The translations under genes were made by a program, and so were the position numbers. The notes under the pieces are model-generated. The model did no database searches, was not told where the DNA came from, and saw only the letters and a program-made list of their open reading frames with translations. A stretch of DNA of 64,000 bases from Candidatus Woesebacteria bacterium. GTDB taxonomy: Bacteria; Patescibacteriota; Microgenomatia; UBA8517. Positions 20,501 to 29,421 of this stretch are shown one piece after another (within the stretch, counting starts at the first letter, position 1; every line of letters starts with the position of its first letter). The stretch covers positions 8,685 through 72,684 of the forward strand of contig JAGUZK010000045.1 in the NCBI GenBank assembly GCA_020060845.1, read 5' to 3'.

Positions 20501-20590
20501 ATTTACTGAAAAATATGACTCGTCGAGAGAGGTCTGAAGAATTTTGCTACCCTTTTCATCAATCGTGTCTTGTTGAGTATATTTGCTCAT
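17507..20590 (-). CDS. large protein: DUF4365-like PD-(D/E)xK N-terminal domain + long alpha-helical (HEAT-like) repeat region; last gene of the Type III R-M operon
   Basis: 1027 aa. The N-terminal ~130 aa (PDIDGEIRLRDG...YLHYQQKS) match my recollection of the DUF4365 nuclease-fold pattern (DxD...QxK). The rest is helical with no NTPase motif. It starts 7 nt downstream of res. Confidence 0.6.
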   Translation of the reverse strand: MSKYTQQDTIDEKGSKILQTSLDESYFSVNPFNGKTPDIDGEIRLRDGRGRYLEKYLHYQQKSKKSIKNNKYFCKRSVIDYLVNSSVPTLLFVVDTTAQKTYWFFFDEKTKKSLKLHSDTKGRTLDLTGREIGDNSSELNGRWQQFAKSQSYRELSESLTDLARSFEENTVKCVGLLYLIRAIPKGKVAAIFSKILRVSEEEITVIIQKLLDKEIIISTPNLYLVENEQIGMESLLELISDTSPEHIDSFFDSKEEKARIREQLAKTEQATKFLQKESIGLLNFITKTPTNNDDICANLEILEQYAFRVPDQVIKISKALINAKPLPQKEYKSKLGKFKGKSNQDVILKVIDLLKEVRYHKPKEVLDLLTHLAEKEEYRKKAIEAIKSLVEYNLYALKYIGYLAQGTTLDELEKWSDSKKIKNQEVINIIAKELLNPEYEGHSMSDYKTFTISFGSLKPSELLQKIRGRTIEILKKLYTSSKDVQVRKEILLSLNEATRTPSRGNYSKELEDLVVNDTNKIIEFYLSIFPDSDAQLIKEIEEQAHWFVKRYGKDRLPKISELETRIASDKEYNMFKVFFGYDYKFDEELDWKKAKEQRENKINKFIQNINDETRKEWLNRIISIAKEYTDVDAGKFQYFNIFLHRLGKDKPEFAIELLTKHEKEMKFFLIHLLAGIWESSKKPLAKKLAIEWSKRGRHLFVLSYLFTYTDTLDLDLLNLIFKKVIGSKDKNAMFNILRVCMEKHSDSNQLKQIFILTLQELIKIKDDSWATRLWVRDYSLLETFKSQDYNTVLKSLILHSSVDYHVEEILKPIIKKYPQKVIGFFFERVTHHLKTQERYRYDAIPLDFHEIREDLAQSEKVVITEILKWFSEKDWLYHFEASNLLRAIFPSFNGKLETYLLDLIKQGGKRNALLVLSILRAYKGEPFLHEVSKAFIKKFLQNTGNKLYREYRSEMFIILSQTGVVTGEYGVKDAYKRKKDEIQPWKEDKNPTLQIFIKGYEKYLDDNIKFEEQRADENIQLMKKGIK

Positions 20591-20597
20591 TTCTCAT

Positions 20598-22916
20598 TCA
20601 ATTGACTGTATATGCGCTACTGATAATAGCGTCAAAACTGTTAATTCTGTTTACTGCCGTATGGGGCAAGAGTTTATAGATCCACTTCTTCTTAGTCGCT
20701 TCAGAGGCTATCTTGCACCATTCTTCTGCCTGCTTTGCCTTTTCCAAAACCTCTGGGTCTTTTTTGTCGAGTTTGCTTTTGTCTTTTACTTCTACCAAGT
20801 AATTGGCATCTTTTCTCTCGACAATAAAATCTGGGTTATAGTTGCCGTAAATATACTTAATTGGTAGTTGTCCGTTTCTAAGCCTTACCCAACTAATAAC
20901 TGTTTTGTCTTTCTCTAAGGAATCTGCTAGTAGTTTCTCTTGTGTCGAATCAAAAACATAAGCAGGGTAAACACTTTTGTTATAACCCTCGATGATATTG
21001 CCTCTAGACTCAGTTTCGCTTACTTCGTCTTTATTTAATGGCACTGCTGAGGCTTTTACCACTTTCATGTATGGCTCAAAAGGAATTTCTTCATCCACCA
21101 CTTGATACTCAATCCTTGTTTGCTCATCCAGCTTTTCTCGCAGCTGGGGTAAGATATCATTCAGAATTGTCTGCTCATGCAGTTTTACGAGTTCCGATAG
21201 TTCTTTCCCTTTAACTTGAAGTTGATCGAGATAATGTTTAACTAATCTTTGCAAGACAGCCTTGAAAGAAATATCAAATTCAGACATCTCAAGTAGAATG
21301 AGTCTAACAATCCTATTAACTGGATTAATTTCTTCCTTTACTTCGATGTCTCCTGCTTCTTCTGTTTGCCTGGAAACAATATCTGCTTTAATAAGTTTTG
21401 GTTTAATTTTCTTTAACTCCTCTAGGCGCAACTTTATTGGAAAGAACTCCAATTTATTGCTTGAATATACTCTTGCTTCAACAGATGGAATTTTAATCCA
21501 AAGTTTTTTGTTTTCAATTGGCTTAATTTCAACTGTTTTTAATTCCTCTTTCTTTTCTGCCTTTTTAACCCCAAGCCCTTCTGCTACTTCATGGGCAACT
21601 GCCACCACTCTGGCAAAATTGTCGTGAGAGATAATATCCAGGGAATCCAGCTCTTCAACGCCCGTTAGCTCGCCAAAGGGCAATCTAAGCCCCCTACCAA
21701 TGGTTTGCTCGATAAGAGTCCTACTGATTGAGGCCCTGAAGGGGATGATGGTATAGACATTTTTAACATCCCAGCCTTCTTTGAGTTTGTCCACATGAAT
21801 GACAATCTCATTTTTATTAACTGGGAATGGTTCTTCTAAACGGAGCAGTTGATGAATAGAGTCAACTTCACTTTCGCTAGTTACCAATAGTGTTTTATCC
21901 TTGTAATAGCCATCAAAGAAATCGTCACTTTCAACCATTGTTTTAACATCTTTGGCGTGTTGGATGTTTCTAGTCGTTATAAGGGTGATGGGCAATACAA
22001 AGGGGAGTTTGTTATTTTTACAGTATTCTTCGATTAAAGCCTTCTTTTCTCTGTGCCTTCTTATTCCATCCTCAAGTTTGACTAGTTCGAGGTCGCCTTT
22101 ATAGGTATAGTCATCGCTTCGAGCTATGACATAAGGAATTTTGATGTAACCGCCTTTAGCGCCGTTACCGTCATGTAAGCTCGCCAAAGCCTTTTTAGAA
22201 TCGTTTATAGCGTCTGCCAGTGTATAAGAATAGACAACATTGTTCTCGTTGGCTGGTGTAGCCGTGAACTCCAGTCCTAGTTCTGGTTTCAGATGGTTTA
22301 TTGCCTTGATTGACTTTACCCCTCGATAACGGTGACTTTCATCCATTAAAATAACTAGATCTTTTTGTTGGAGAAGTTCAGCAAAGCTCGATCCTAGAGT
22401 TTCTTGATAGCGGTGAAATCTAAACTCAACATCAGTTCGTTCATTGAAAATCTTTTGGATGTTGAAGACATAAATGTTAACCGCATCAAAAAGCTGGTTG
22501 CCAAAGTTAGCGTAGGTGTAATTTTCACCTGTGATTAAATTAAACATCGGAAAGTCGGTTAAACCGTCTAGGACATATTTTTTACTCGAAGGAGTAAAGT
22601 TGTCGATTGTTTTTGTATAAATTGTTTCTCCTGGAGTTAGAATAAAGAAATCTTTTAATCCCTTCGTGTAGTAAAGATAAGCGATCATTGCAGCCATTAG
22701 CCTGGTTTTGCCCACGCCTGTTGCTAGCGCAAATGTGAATGAAGGAAATTCAGTATCAAATTTGATATTACCAACTAATCTTGCCTCAATATCTTCAAGT
22801 TTATCTTTGCCGAGCTTTATTCCTGAGATGATTGAGTCAAGTTTAACAAGAGAAAGTTCTTGAGGCTTTCTTAAACTTAATTCCTTAGTTAATTTTTCGA
22901 TAATGTTCATACTCAT
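20598..22916 (-). CDS. res: Type III restriction enzyme Res subunit
   Basis: 772 aa. SF2 helicase motifs (ATGVGKTR, DEAH-like MDESHRY) and a C-terminal PD-(D/E)xK motif (PDFIV...LVEVKD). Confidence 0.85.
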   Translation of the reverse strand: MSMNIIEKLTKELSLRKPQELSLVKLDSIISGIKLGKDKLEDIEARLVGNIKFDTEFPSFTFALATGVGKTRLMAAMIAYLYYTKGLKDFFILTPGETIYTKTIDNFTPSSKKYVLDGLTDFPMFNLITGENYTYANFGNQLFDAVNIYVFNIQKIFNERTDVEFRFHRYQETLGSSFAELLQQKDLVILMDESHRYRGVKSIKAINHLKPELGLEFTATPANENNVVYSYTLADAINDSKKALASLHDGNGAKGGYIKIPYVIARSDDYTYKGDLELVKLEDGIRRHREKKALIEEYCKNNKLPFVLPITLITTRNIQHAKDVKTMVESDDFFDGYYKDKTLLVTSESEVDSIHQLLRLEEPFPVNKNEIVIHVDKLKEGWDVKNVYTIIPFRASISRTLIEQTIGRGLRLPFGELTGVEELDSLDIISHDNFARVVAVAHEVAEGLGVKKAEKKEELKTVEIKPIENKKLWIKIPSVEARVYSSNKLEFFPIKLRLEELKKIKPKLIKADIVSRQTEEAGDIEVKEEINPVNRIVRLILLEMSEFDISFKAVLQRLVKHYLDQLQVKGKELSELVKLHEQTILNDILPQLREKLDEQTRIEYQVVDEEIPFEPYMKVVKASAVPLNKDEVSETESRGNIIEGYNKSVYPAYVFDSTQEKLLADSLEKDKTVISWVRLRNGQLPIKYIYGNYNPDFIVERKDANYLVEVKDKSKLDKKDPEVLEKAKQAEEWCKIASEATKKKWIYKLLPHTAVNRINSFDAIISSAYTVN

Positions 22917-24580
22917 ACTTTAAACTTTTTTAATAAAACATCGGGAATTTTTCTAACTTCGACATTTTCTGGTAACTTAATTTTACTTGATATTGTTTTG
23001 GCATAGATAATAAGATAATCAGCTTTGTCGCCAACTTCTCGCACTATAGCATTTACATAATCCTGACTAAGATATTGTTCAGTTACATGGGCGATAGTTC
23101 TTCCTGAAATACCATGTAGGGCATTATCTGGATTAAGGAGTTTGAACCCTTCAACTTTCAGAACTGCCCGAATAAGATCTCCGTTGTAGACCTTTGGATT
23201 TAGAACCGTTAGCCTCAAATCATCATCGGCTACAAATAGACTGTCTCCCAGCTCAAAATATTTGAAACCGCCCCCACCTTTCCATCCAACTTCTTTACTG
23301 ATACCGCTTTGATCTTCTCCTGAAATCACTCTTTTCAAGCGGGGGATGATATGAGTTTTTGCATGCTCACCCAACTCTACCATTATCCATTTCCTACCCA
23401 TCTTATGAGCTACTGCACCCGTTGTGCCTGAACCTGCAAAACTATCCAAAACAATATCTCCTGGTTTTGTAGCCAATTCTATAATTAATTTGATTAAAGC
23501 CTCTGGTTTTTTGCTCTGCTTAAACTCAACTCCTCCTTCAAGGTGAAGAGCTGCATTTGGGAATTTCCATATGTTCGAAAGTCGCTGTTTTTTGATCAGT
23601 GTTCCATCTTTCTTTTTTTCAACAACTTCTTTTAACCAGGCGACTATACGCCCATTTAGAAAGTAAGTCTTGATAAGTTGCCCTGCATATTTTCCTTTTG
23701 TCGGGATATATTCGATGTAAGACAGTCCTTTTTGGGGTATCTCTGGTCGAATTTGTAAAATTGTCCCACCGCTTGGGTTATAGTCAGCAAAAACATTGTT
23801 AAAATGCTTGTAATAATCATCTATAGAGTCGCTCGTCCTAAACTTCTTGATCTCGTAATTCTCACATTTATATATCTTAATTTCTCCGATATTCAATCTT
23901 TGAATTGTTTTGATAAGTTTTGACTTGCCTGGATTTAATAAGGCTTTGTTATATCCTTTGACAAAACCTTCTATCTCCACTTCTGTCATCGTTTGTAAAG
24001 TACCTTCTTCTCTAAGAAGTTTATAGTCCTTGGCATAAACAAGGATGTATTCACTAACATCAAAAATTAAACTTTGTTGTCCTACTCCAGCCACATCTTT
24101 TACCTGAACTGTAATAAAGGATACAAAATTATCATCTCCAAACTTTTCATCCATAATCATTTTCAATCGAGCGAATTCCCTGGAATCAATATGCACAAAT
24201 ATAAGACCCCTTTTATTTAACAGTTTATGAAGTAAGTCGATTCTATCCCTCATCATTGTCAGCCAAATAGAGTGTTCTAAACCGTCATCATAAAATTCAA
24301 AAGCAGCACCAGTATTAAATGGGGGATCGATATAGATAAGTTTTATCTTTCCTTCATAATCGGGAAGAAGGGCTTTTAACGCTAAAAGATTGTCTCCTTT
24401 TATTAAGATGTTTTCTGTATTTTTATCACCATAGACTGCTTTCTCTAGAAGAATGCGAGGCTCTGAGACCCTGGGGTCTTTTTTATCTACCCATTGATAT
24501 TTTTTCTTTTCAGGATCATAGTAAAGACTTTTGTCTTTGTTATACCAGGTTAATTCTAATTTTTTACTTTTTTGAGACAT
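22913..24580 (-). CDS. mod: Type III DNA methyltransferase Mod subunit (N6-adenine)
   Basis: 555 aa with motif IV IYIDPPFNTG and a SAM-binding region; overlaps res by 4 nt. Confidence 0.85.
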   Translation of the reverse strand: MSQKSKKLELTWYNKDKSLYYDPEKKKYQWVDKKDPRVSEPRILLEKAVYGDKNTENILIKGDNLLALKALLPDYEGKIKLIYIDPPFNTGAAFEFYDDGLEHSIWLTMMRDRIDLLHKLLNKRGLIFVHIDSREFARLKMIMDEKFGDDNFVSFITVQVKDVAGVGQQSLIFDVSEYILVYAKDYKLLREEGTLQTMTEVEIEGFVKGYNKALLNPGKSKLIKTIQRLNIGEIKIYKCENYEIKKFRTSDSIDDYYKHFNNVFADYNPSGGTILQIRPEIPQKGLSYIEYIPTKGKYAGQLIKTYFLNGRIVAWLKEVVEKKKDGTLIKKQRLSNIWKFPNAALHLEGGVEFKQSKKPEALIKLIIELATKPGDIVLDSFAGSGTTGAVAHKMGRKWIMVELGEHAKTHIIPRLKRVISGEDQSGISKEVGWKGGGGFKYFELGDSLFVADDDLRLTVLNPKVYNGDLIRAVLKVEGFKLLNPDNALHGISGRTIAHVTEQYLSQDYVNAIVREVGDKADYLIIYAKTISSKIKLPENVEVRKIPDVLLKKFKV

Positions 24581-24581
24581 A

Positions 24582-25421
24582 TCAATCTTTTACTAAACTT
24601 AATGTTTTAACAAAATCAATGAATTTATAACCAAACTCTGTAAGGAATTCTACTTTGCTAGCACCTGAACCAATACCACCATCTTTTACTCCTACTCTAA
24701 ATATTCCAAGAGATAGAAGCTCACTTGATATTTCAGCATATTGGTTTTGTTTCTTCCGTTCTTCTTCAAACTGTGCCTTACTTAGGTTCTTGTCTTGGGA
24801 GATATTGGGAATTCTTGATTTAACAATCTCGCTATTAGGATTAAATTCTTCATAAATCCAGTGCATGATAACCTCAGAGTCTGGTTTCTGTCTCATAGTA
24901 AGTTCTTCCCACCACTCAACACTACCTTCATGCTTTCCTTTCATCTTAGCTACTTCTTCCTTTGCCCATTTTTCTTTCCTAGGGATAATAACCTCAGATA
25001 TAAACTTTAAATACTCAAGAGATTCTAATGAAATTTCCTGAGCCACTCGATAAAACCTTTCTAGATTTATTAGATGCCTATCTTCTGCTGAAACATAACC
25101 ATCTAGATAAATTTGCTGTATGAGTTTTCTTTTCTTTATTTCTCTGGTTCTTATTAATGCTTCAAAAGTTATTGCTAATGACTGTTGAAATTCTTGAGAG
25201 CTTAATATTTCTTCCTTAAGTTGGGGAACATGTTTTTTTAATAGATTCCAAAATTCTTTACCTTCATCTGGATATAAGTCAAAAAAAGACCAAACTGCAA
25301 CTTTGCAAAAAAATAAAGATCCTCTCGTGTAAGGATTAGGAGGAAGATTTTTCTCTATTTCATCCATTAAAGCTAAAAAAGTATTTTTTGTCACAGCTTT
25401 CAATGTTTTAGATATTTTCAT
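24582..25421 (-). CDS. hypothetical protein (operon member, unknown function)
   Basis: 279 aa, translationally coupled (1-nt gap to mod, 4-nt overlap with HTH gene). Confidence 0.5.
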   Translation of the reverse strand: MKISKTLKAVTKNTFLALMDEIEKNLPPNPYTRGSLFFCKVAVWSFFDLYPDEGKEFWNLLKKHVPQLKEEILSSQEFQQSLAITFEALIRTREIKKRKLIQQIYLDGYVSAEDRHLINLERFYRVAQEISLESLEYLKFISEVIIPRKEKWAKEEVAKMKGKHEGSVEWWEELTMRQKPDSEVIMHWIYEEFNPNSEIVKSRIPNISQDKNLSKAQFEEERKKQNQYAEISSELLSLGIFRVGVKDGGIGSGASKVEFLTEFGYKFIDFVKTLSLVKD

Positions 25422-25612
25422 TTTTTCTTTTTATTTAAAAAGATTTTTATTTTGTTAGGATCATATCTTCTATCTCCTCGTTTATTAATTCTAACAGCCT
25501 TGAGTTTGCCATCCTTATCCCATCTGCGTAAGGTTTCGGCATGCACATTTAAGATTTCTGCTGCTTGTTTTATGGTTAGGAGTTTTGGTAAATCAAATTT
25601 ATTTTTACTCAT
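25418..25612 (-). CDS. excisionase-family HTH DNA-binding protein
   Basis: 64 aa: LTIKQAAEILNVHAETLRRWDKDGKLKAVRI. Confidence 0.55.
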   Translation of the reverse strand: MSKNKFDLPKLLTIKQAAEILNVHAETLRRWDKDGKLKAVRINKRGDRRYDPNKIKIFLNKKKK

Positions 25613-25614
25613 AT

Positions 25615-27420
25615 TTAATGTTGACTATTTAATTTTGTTGCTATGGCTTCTTGTTCATCGTATAGAGCTTTGTCCTGATCAATCATTTTCTGCTCGGCTG
25701 CTGTTAGCCATTGATTAGACTCCATCCTTGTAACGATTGCCGAAATATTAGCGATTCTTGTCGATATTATCTCATTAATTCTATCAATATCGCTTTTATT
25801 TTTCTCATAAAATTCTTTGTATTCTTTTAACTTTGCCCAACCTGGTTGAATTTCTTTTAATCTTTCAAGTGAAGTTCTCCAACTATCTATTACTTCTTTT
25901 GAATAGTTGGGTGGTACATAACCTGCAAAATGCTGAACGATTACTTGAGTGGGGCAACCATTGATTTCTCCTTCTACCTCAGCGATGCCTACCTCTTGAT
26001 AGGTTTTATCTGTTAAAAATTTTTTGGATTCTGGAAACTGGAATTGGTTGTCAATTAACTCTTCTGCTTCGTAATAACCCTGTGTAGGTGCTTCACCCCA
26101 AACAATATTGGAGTAATTAGTCTCCCTCATAGCCTTTTCCATTGTGTAACCACTTCTTGTTGCCTCAAAGGAGAAATCGTCAAACTTTAAGATTGTCTCG
26201 CCTCTTTTTTGAGCCGACAGTTCAAGTTTTGGTTGGTATTTTAGTTCTCTTGCACCTGCCTCTTTTCGCTTTTCGTTAAGAAGTGTTAAGTATTTTTCTT
26301 TATCAAGTTTTATCTTTGAGGATTCATCAAAATCTCTTGAGGTATCTCGCCAGTATTTAGCAAGATCACCCTTTTGATCTTTAAGGGGCAAGACATGATT
26401 GACAGCGCTAATCTCAACAAACCCAATTTCTCTTGAATCTCCACTTCCTTTGCGATTGTCTCCCATTACAAAAATATGGTTTTCAGGGACAATCACTTTC
26501 TGACATTCCTTTAGAAAAGCCTCTCCAAATGTGGATCGAGGCTTTGCGGTATAAGGTTCTTTTAAGGGCTCGCCGTTAAGGTAAACAATTCCTTCTCGAA
26601 GTTCGATACTGTCGCCTGGCACACCAATTACTCTTTTAACCCACCCTGAAGGTTCACCATACATATTTTTGGTCATCTCCCTAATTTTGTCGTTTTCAAC
26701 AACAACAATGTCCCCCCTACCGATTTCATAATTAAAGTATCTTCTGCCCGCAATTACTAATCCGTTAGGGTAGCGTATCATGCCTGGGTAGCCAACAATT
26801 TGTTTTGCCAATTCTTTGGGGTCTTTTCCTTCGCCTTTGGGAAAGGTTGGAAACATTGACCCTGTCCCAGCTATAGCAATTGCTTCTGGGTCGTAACCTA
26901 AAGCCTCCTTAACCATTACCCCAACTAGTGCGTAACCACCAATCCAAATCGGCAAGATAATTGCACCAACAATTAAAAGTGCGATTATTTTTGTCATGAA
27001 AGGTTTGATACTAAACCCTTTAAGTAGCCCCTTGATGCCTGTATGTTTAAGTTTTTTGATAGCTTCAAGGGGTCTGAGGATATAAACCGCCAAATAAAGG
27101 GGTAAAACAGCAAGAATAAAGAAGAGCTTTATAAGAAAAACAAAGATATTTTGCTTTTTCTGAGACCTCTTAGCTATAAGTTGGGCAGTAAAACTAATAA
27201 TCCCCACTAAGAAAGCCAGACATCCTACTAAAACCAACCCTAAAACTAAGAAGGCATAGATATTGGGAGCTTTATCAAAAAGTTCTCTTCTGATACCTAC
27301 AACATAGCCGATCATTACTAACACACTTATGACGCAGGTTAGCCAAATCACAAATGAGATCTTAATGACTTTATTAAAGGGCGCTTTTTTCTCTTGTAGT
27401 TGTGACAGTTTTTTCGGCAT
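25615..27420 (-). CDS. signal peptidase I (S26)-domain membrane protein with extra ~250-aa C-terminal domain
   Basis: 601 aa. N-terminal multi-TM region, then catalytic motifs GSMFPTF (Ser), VKRVIGVPGD (Lys) and GDNRKGSGDSR, then an unassigned C-terminal domain. First gene of the six-gene operon. Confidence 0.7.
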   Translation of the reverse strand: MPKKLSQLQEKKAPFNKVIKISFVIWLTCVISVLVMIGYVVGIRRELFDKAPNIYAFLVLGLVLVGCLAFLVGIISFTAQLIAKRSQKKQNIFVFLIKLFFILAVLPLYLAVYILRPLEAIKKLKHTGIKGLLKGFSIKPFMTKIIALLIVGAIILPIWIGGYALVGVMVKEALGYDPEAIAIAGTGSMFPTFPKGEGKDPKELAKQIVGYPGMIRYPNGLVIAGRRYFNYEIGRGDIVVVENDKIREMTKNMYGEPSGWVKRVIGVPGDSIELREGIVYLNGEPLKEPYTAKPRSTFGEAFLKECQKVIVPENHIFVMGDNRKGSGDSREIGFVEISAVNHVLPLKDQKGDLAKYWRDTSRDFDESSKIKLDKEKYLTLLNEKRKEAGARELKYQPKLELSAQKRGETILKFDDFSFEATRSGYTMEKAMRETNYSNIVWGEAPTQGYYEAEELIDNQFQFPESKKFLTDKTYQEVGIAEVEGEINGCPTQVIVQHFAGYVPPNYSKEVIDSWRTSLERLKEIQPGWAKLKEYKEFYEKNKSDIDRINEIISTRIANISAIVTRMESNQWLTAAEQKMIDQDKALYDEQEAIATKLNSQH

Positions 27421-27474
27421 AACTCAACAAAATTATACAAAAATTAAAGAGAAATTGGTATACTGTTTGTTGCT

Positions 27475-28311
27475 ATGGCAGATAATTTAGAAGAAAGAAT
27501 TAGTGAACGCCTTAAAAAGCTTCAATCAAGAAAGGGATATTATTATCTCCTTACACATCTTGATTACCCATCAAATCAGAAGCGCCTGGACAAAAACGCT
27601 ATAAACGCTCAAATAAAAGTGATTGAGGACGCACTGCCAGAAATTAAAAAACTGATGAAGCAAATCAAAAGATATGTCCCCCATATTTGGGATCAGACTA
27701 AATATGCAGCAGCCTATCTGCTTCTTGGGAAGGCATTTAGTAATCTTGAAACGATAATTCTTCTTGCCCAGAAAGGACACAATCTTGAGATGGTAGATTT
27801 AGCACGCTCTGGAACGGAATCTATTGATTTAGCATTTCTTTTATCTGAAGATAGCCAAAACCAACAACTTGAAAAGTGGTTTAAGGGGAAAATTATCGAA
27901 AATGAAAAAGCCCGAAAGGCTCTTGATAGAGTAATTAACCAACTAAATCCTGCTTCCGTCAAACTACCCGTAGAGGAAATGAAAAAAGAAGTTTATAAAA
28001 CCTATTCCCTCTACACACATAGCAGTTATGCTGCTCTCCTAGATTCAATCGATGTCTTTCATGAAGATTTTGATTTTGAAAGATATGCAGGATTTCACTT
28101 CGCCAGAAGAAACCTACACGCTGTCCAAGACCTGGCTATCAAAATTCTATTACAGCTGAAAAACATCTATGTGCAATGTAAAAATCAAGATTGTCTAAAT
28201 GAAGTCGACGAATTACTAAAACAAATAGGACATATTGATATGACCCCAGGAGAAATCGCCAAAGTTATAAATGAGCATCTTGGTGATAGGAGTAAAAAAG
28301 ATAAAACATAA
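27475..28311 (+). CDS. hypothetical helical protein
   Basis: 278 aa, divergent from the six-gene operon across a 54-bp intergenic region. Confidence 0.5.
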   Translation: MADNLEERISERLKKLQSRKGYYYLLTHLDYPSNQKRLDKNAINAQIKVIEDALPEIKKLMKQIKRYVPHIWDQTKYAAAYLLLGKAFSNLETIILLAQKGHNLEMVDLARSGTESIDLAFLLSEDSQNQQLEKWFKGKIIENEKARKALDRVINQLNPASVKLPVEEMKKEVYKTYSLYTHSSYAALLDSIDVFHEDFDFERYAGFHFARRNLHAVQDLAIKILLQLKNIYVQCKNQDCLNEVDELLKQIGHIDMTPGEIAKVINEHLGDRSKKDKT

Positions 28312-28326
28312 ATTGTTCTGAATATT

Positions 28327-29421
28327 ATGGCTCATTATCGATATTTGAGGGACGAATCTTACTATAATGACCTTTACGATCTCCACACCATCGAGACCTG
28401 TCTTGATTACTACTGGAGCTTGAAAAGTGGCTTTGAAAAGCATCGGGGTGACAAGAGTTTCAAAAAATACTCCAAGAAAAAGTTCGATACCGAGGTTCAC
28501 AAAGTTGTCAGCTATACCATCAACGCTATTAAAATCGACAGGTTTCGGCATAAAAAGGACACCATCCTAAAGTGGATGGACGATGATCGCCAACGCCAGG
28601 ATCGATTAGACAATGCCGTCGAACCGAAGGATATTCTCTGCCATCAATGCAATAGCCCAATGCTCGCTACCACTAAAGACCTCATAGACCACCTAAATAA
28701 ACCCATGAGAGTTCTTTTCTTCTTTGAATGTCCAAACTGCAAGAAAAGACGAGGTGTTTATGATGATGGCTCAGAGTTTGTTTCAAAACCCCCACTCTGC
28801 CCTAAGTGCAAACACGAAGCCAGGCTAACCTACAAAAGAAAGGGGGAGGTAACAATCTGGACGACTTCCTGTTCTTCTTGTGGCTATAAAGAGGTTGACA
28901 AAGACGATTTTAATAAATGGGAAGTCGATAGAAAGAAAAAAGAAGAGCGAGATCGACTCCTACTTAAGGAATATCGTGCTGAGTTTTGTCTCTCTGATGA
29001 AGATGGTCAGGATTGCCTTTGGAGAATTGACCAGATGAAAAGGCTCGTAGACGAAATGGAAGAGCGGGAAAAACACAAAAAAGAATATGACGCAGTAGCC
29101 AACATTAAAAAACTGACTGTTGTCGAGCTTGAAAAGCTCATTAACGACACCATCAATTCTCAAGGTTATATCCGTCTTGAATTGTCCAAGCCTGAGTTTG
29201 GAAAGCAGCTTATCGTTGGTTTTACTGTCCAAGACAGTAACACCTCCCGCCAAGAGTATGACAGTCGCAATGGCTTCAGAAAGCTCGTTCAGGGGGCTTT
29301 ATCAGGCACAAACTGGCGCTTGATGGTCACCAGCCTTAGTTATCGATTGGGTTATCTTCAGGGTAGCCTCAGAGCCTACGAAACAGAGGAAGACATCCTC
29401 ACCCTTGTAAGGAAGAAGTAA
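28327..29421 (+). CDS. hypothetical protein with two zinc-ribbon-like CxxC pairs
   Basis: 364 aa with CHQC...CPNC and CPKC...CSSC; lies 15 nt after the previous gene. Confidence 0.5.
   Translation: MAHYRYLRDESYYNDLYDLHTIETCLDYYWSLKSGFEKHRGDKSFKKYSKKKFDTEVHKVVSYTINAIKIDRFRHKKDTILKWMDDDRQRQDRLDNAVEPKDILCHQCNSPMLATTKDLIDHLNKPMRVLFFFECPNCKKRRGVYDDGSEFVSKPPLCPKCKHEARLTYKRKGEVTIWTTSCSSCGYKEVDKDDFNKWEVDRKKKEERDRLLLKEYRAEFCLSDEDGQDCLWRIDQMKRLVDEMEEREKHKKEYDAVANIKKLTVVELEKLINDTINSQGYIRLELSKPEFGKQLIVGFTVQDSNTSRQEYDSRNGFRKLVQGALSGTNWRLMVTSLSYRLGYLQGSLRAYETEEDILTLVRKK

Noticed and set aside
22913-24580. Mod as a BREX PglX, Type IIG or Type I methylase.
   Set aside because: It is 555 aa and translationally coupled to a Res helicase-nuclease with DEAH and PD-ExK motifs. 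No HsdS, PglZ or BrxC genes are present. Type III fits best.
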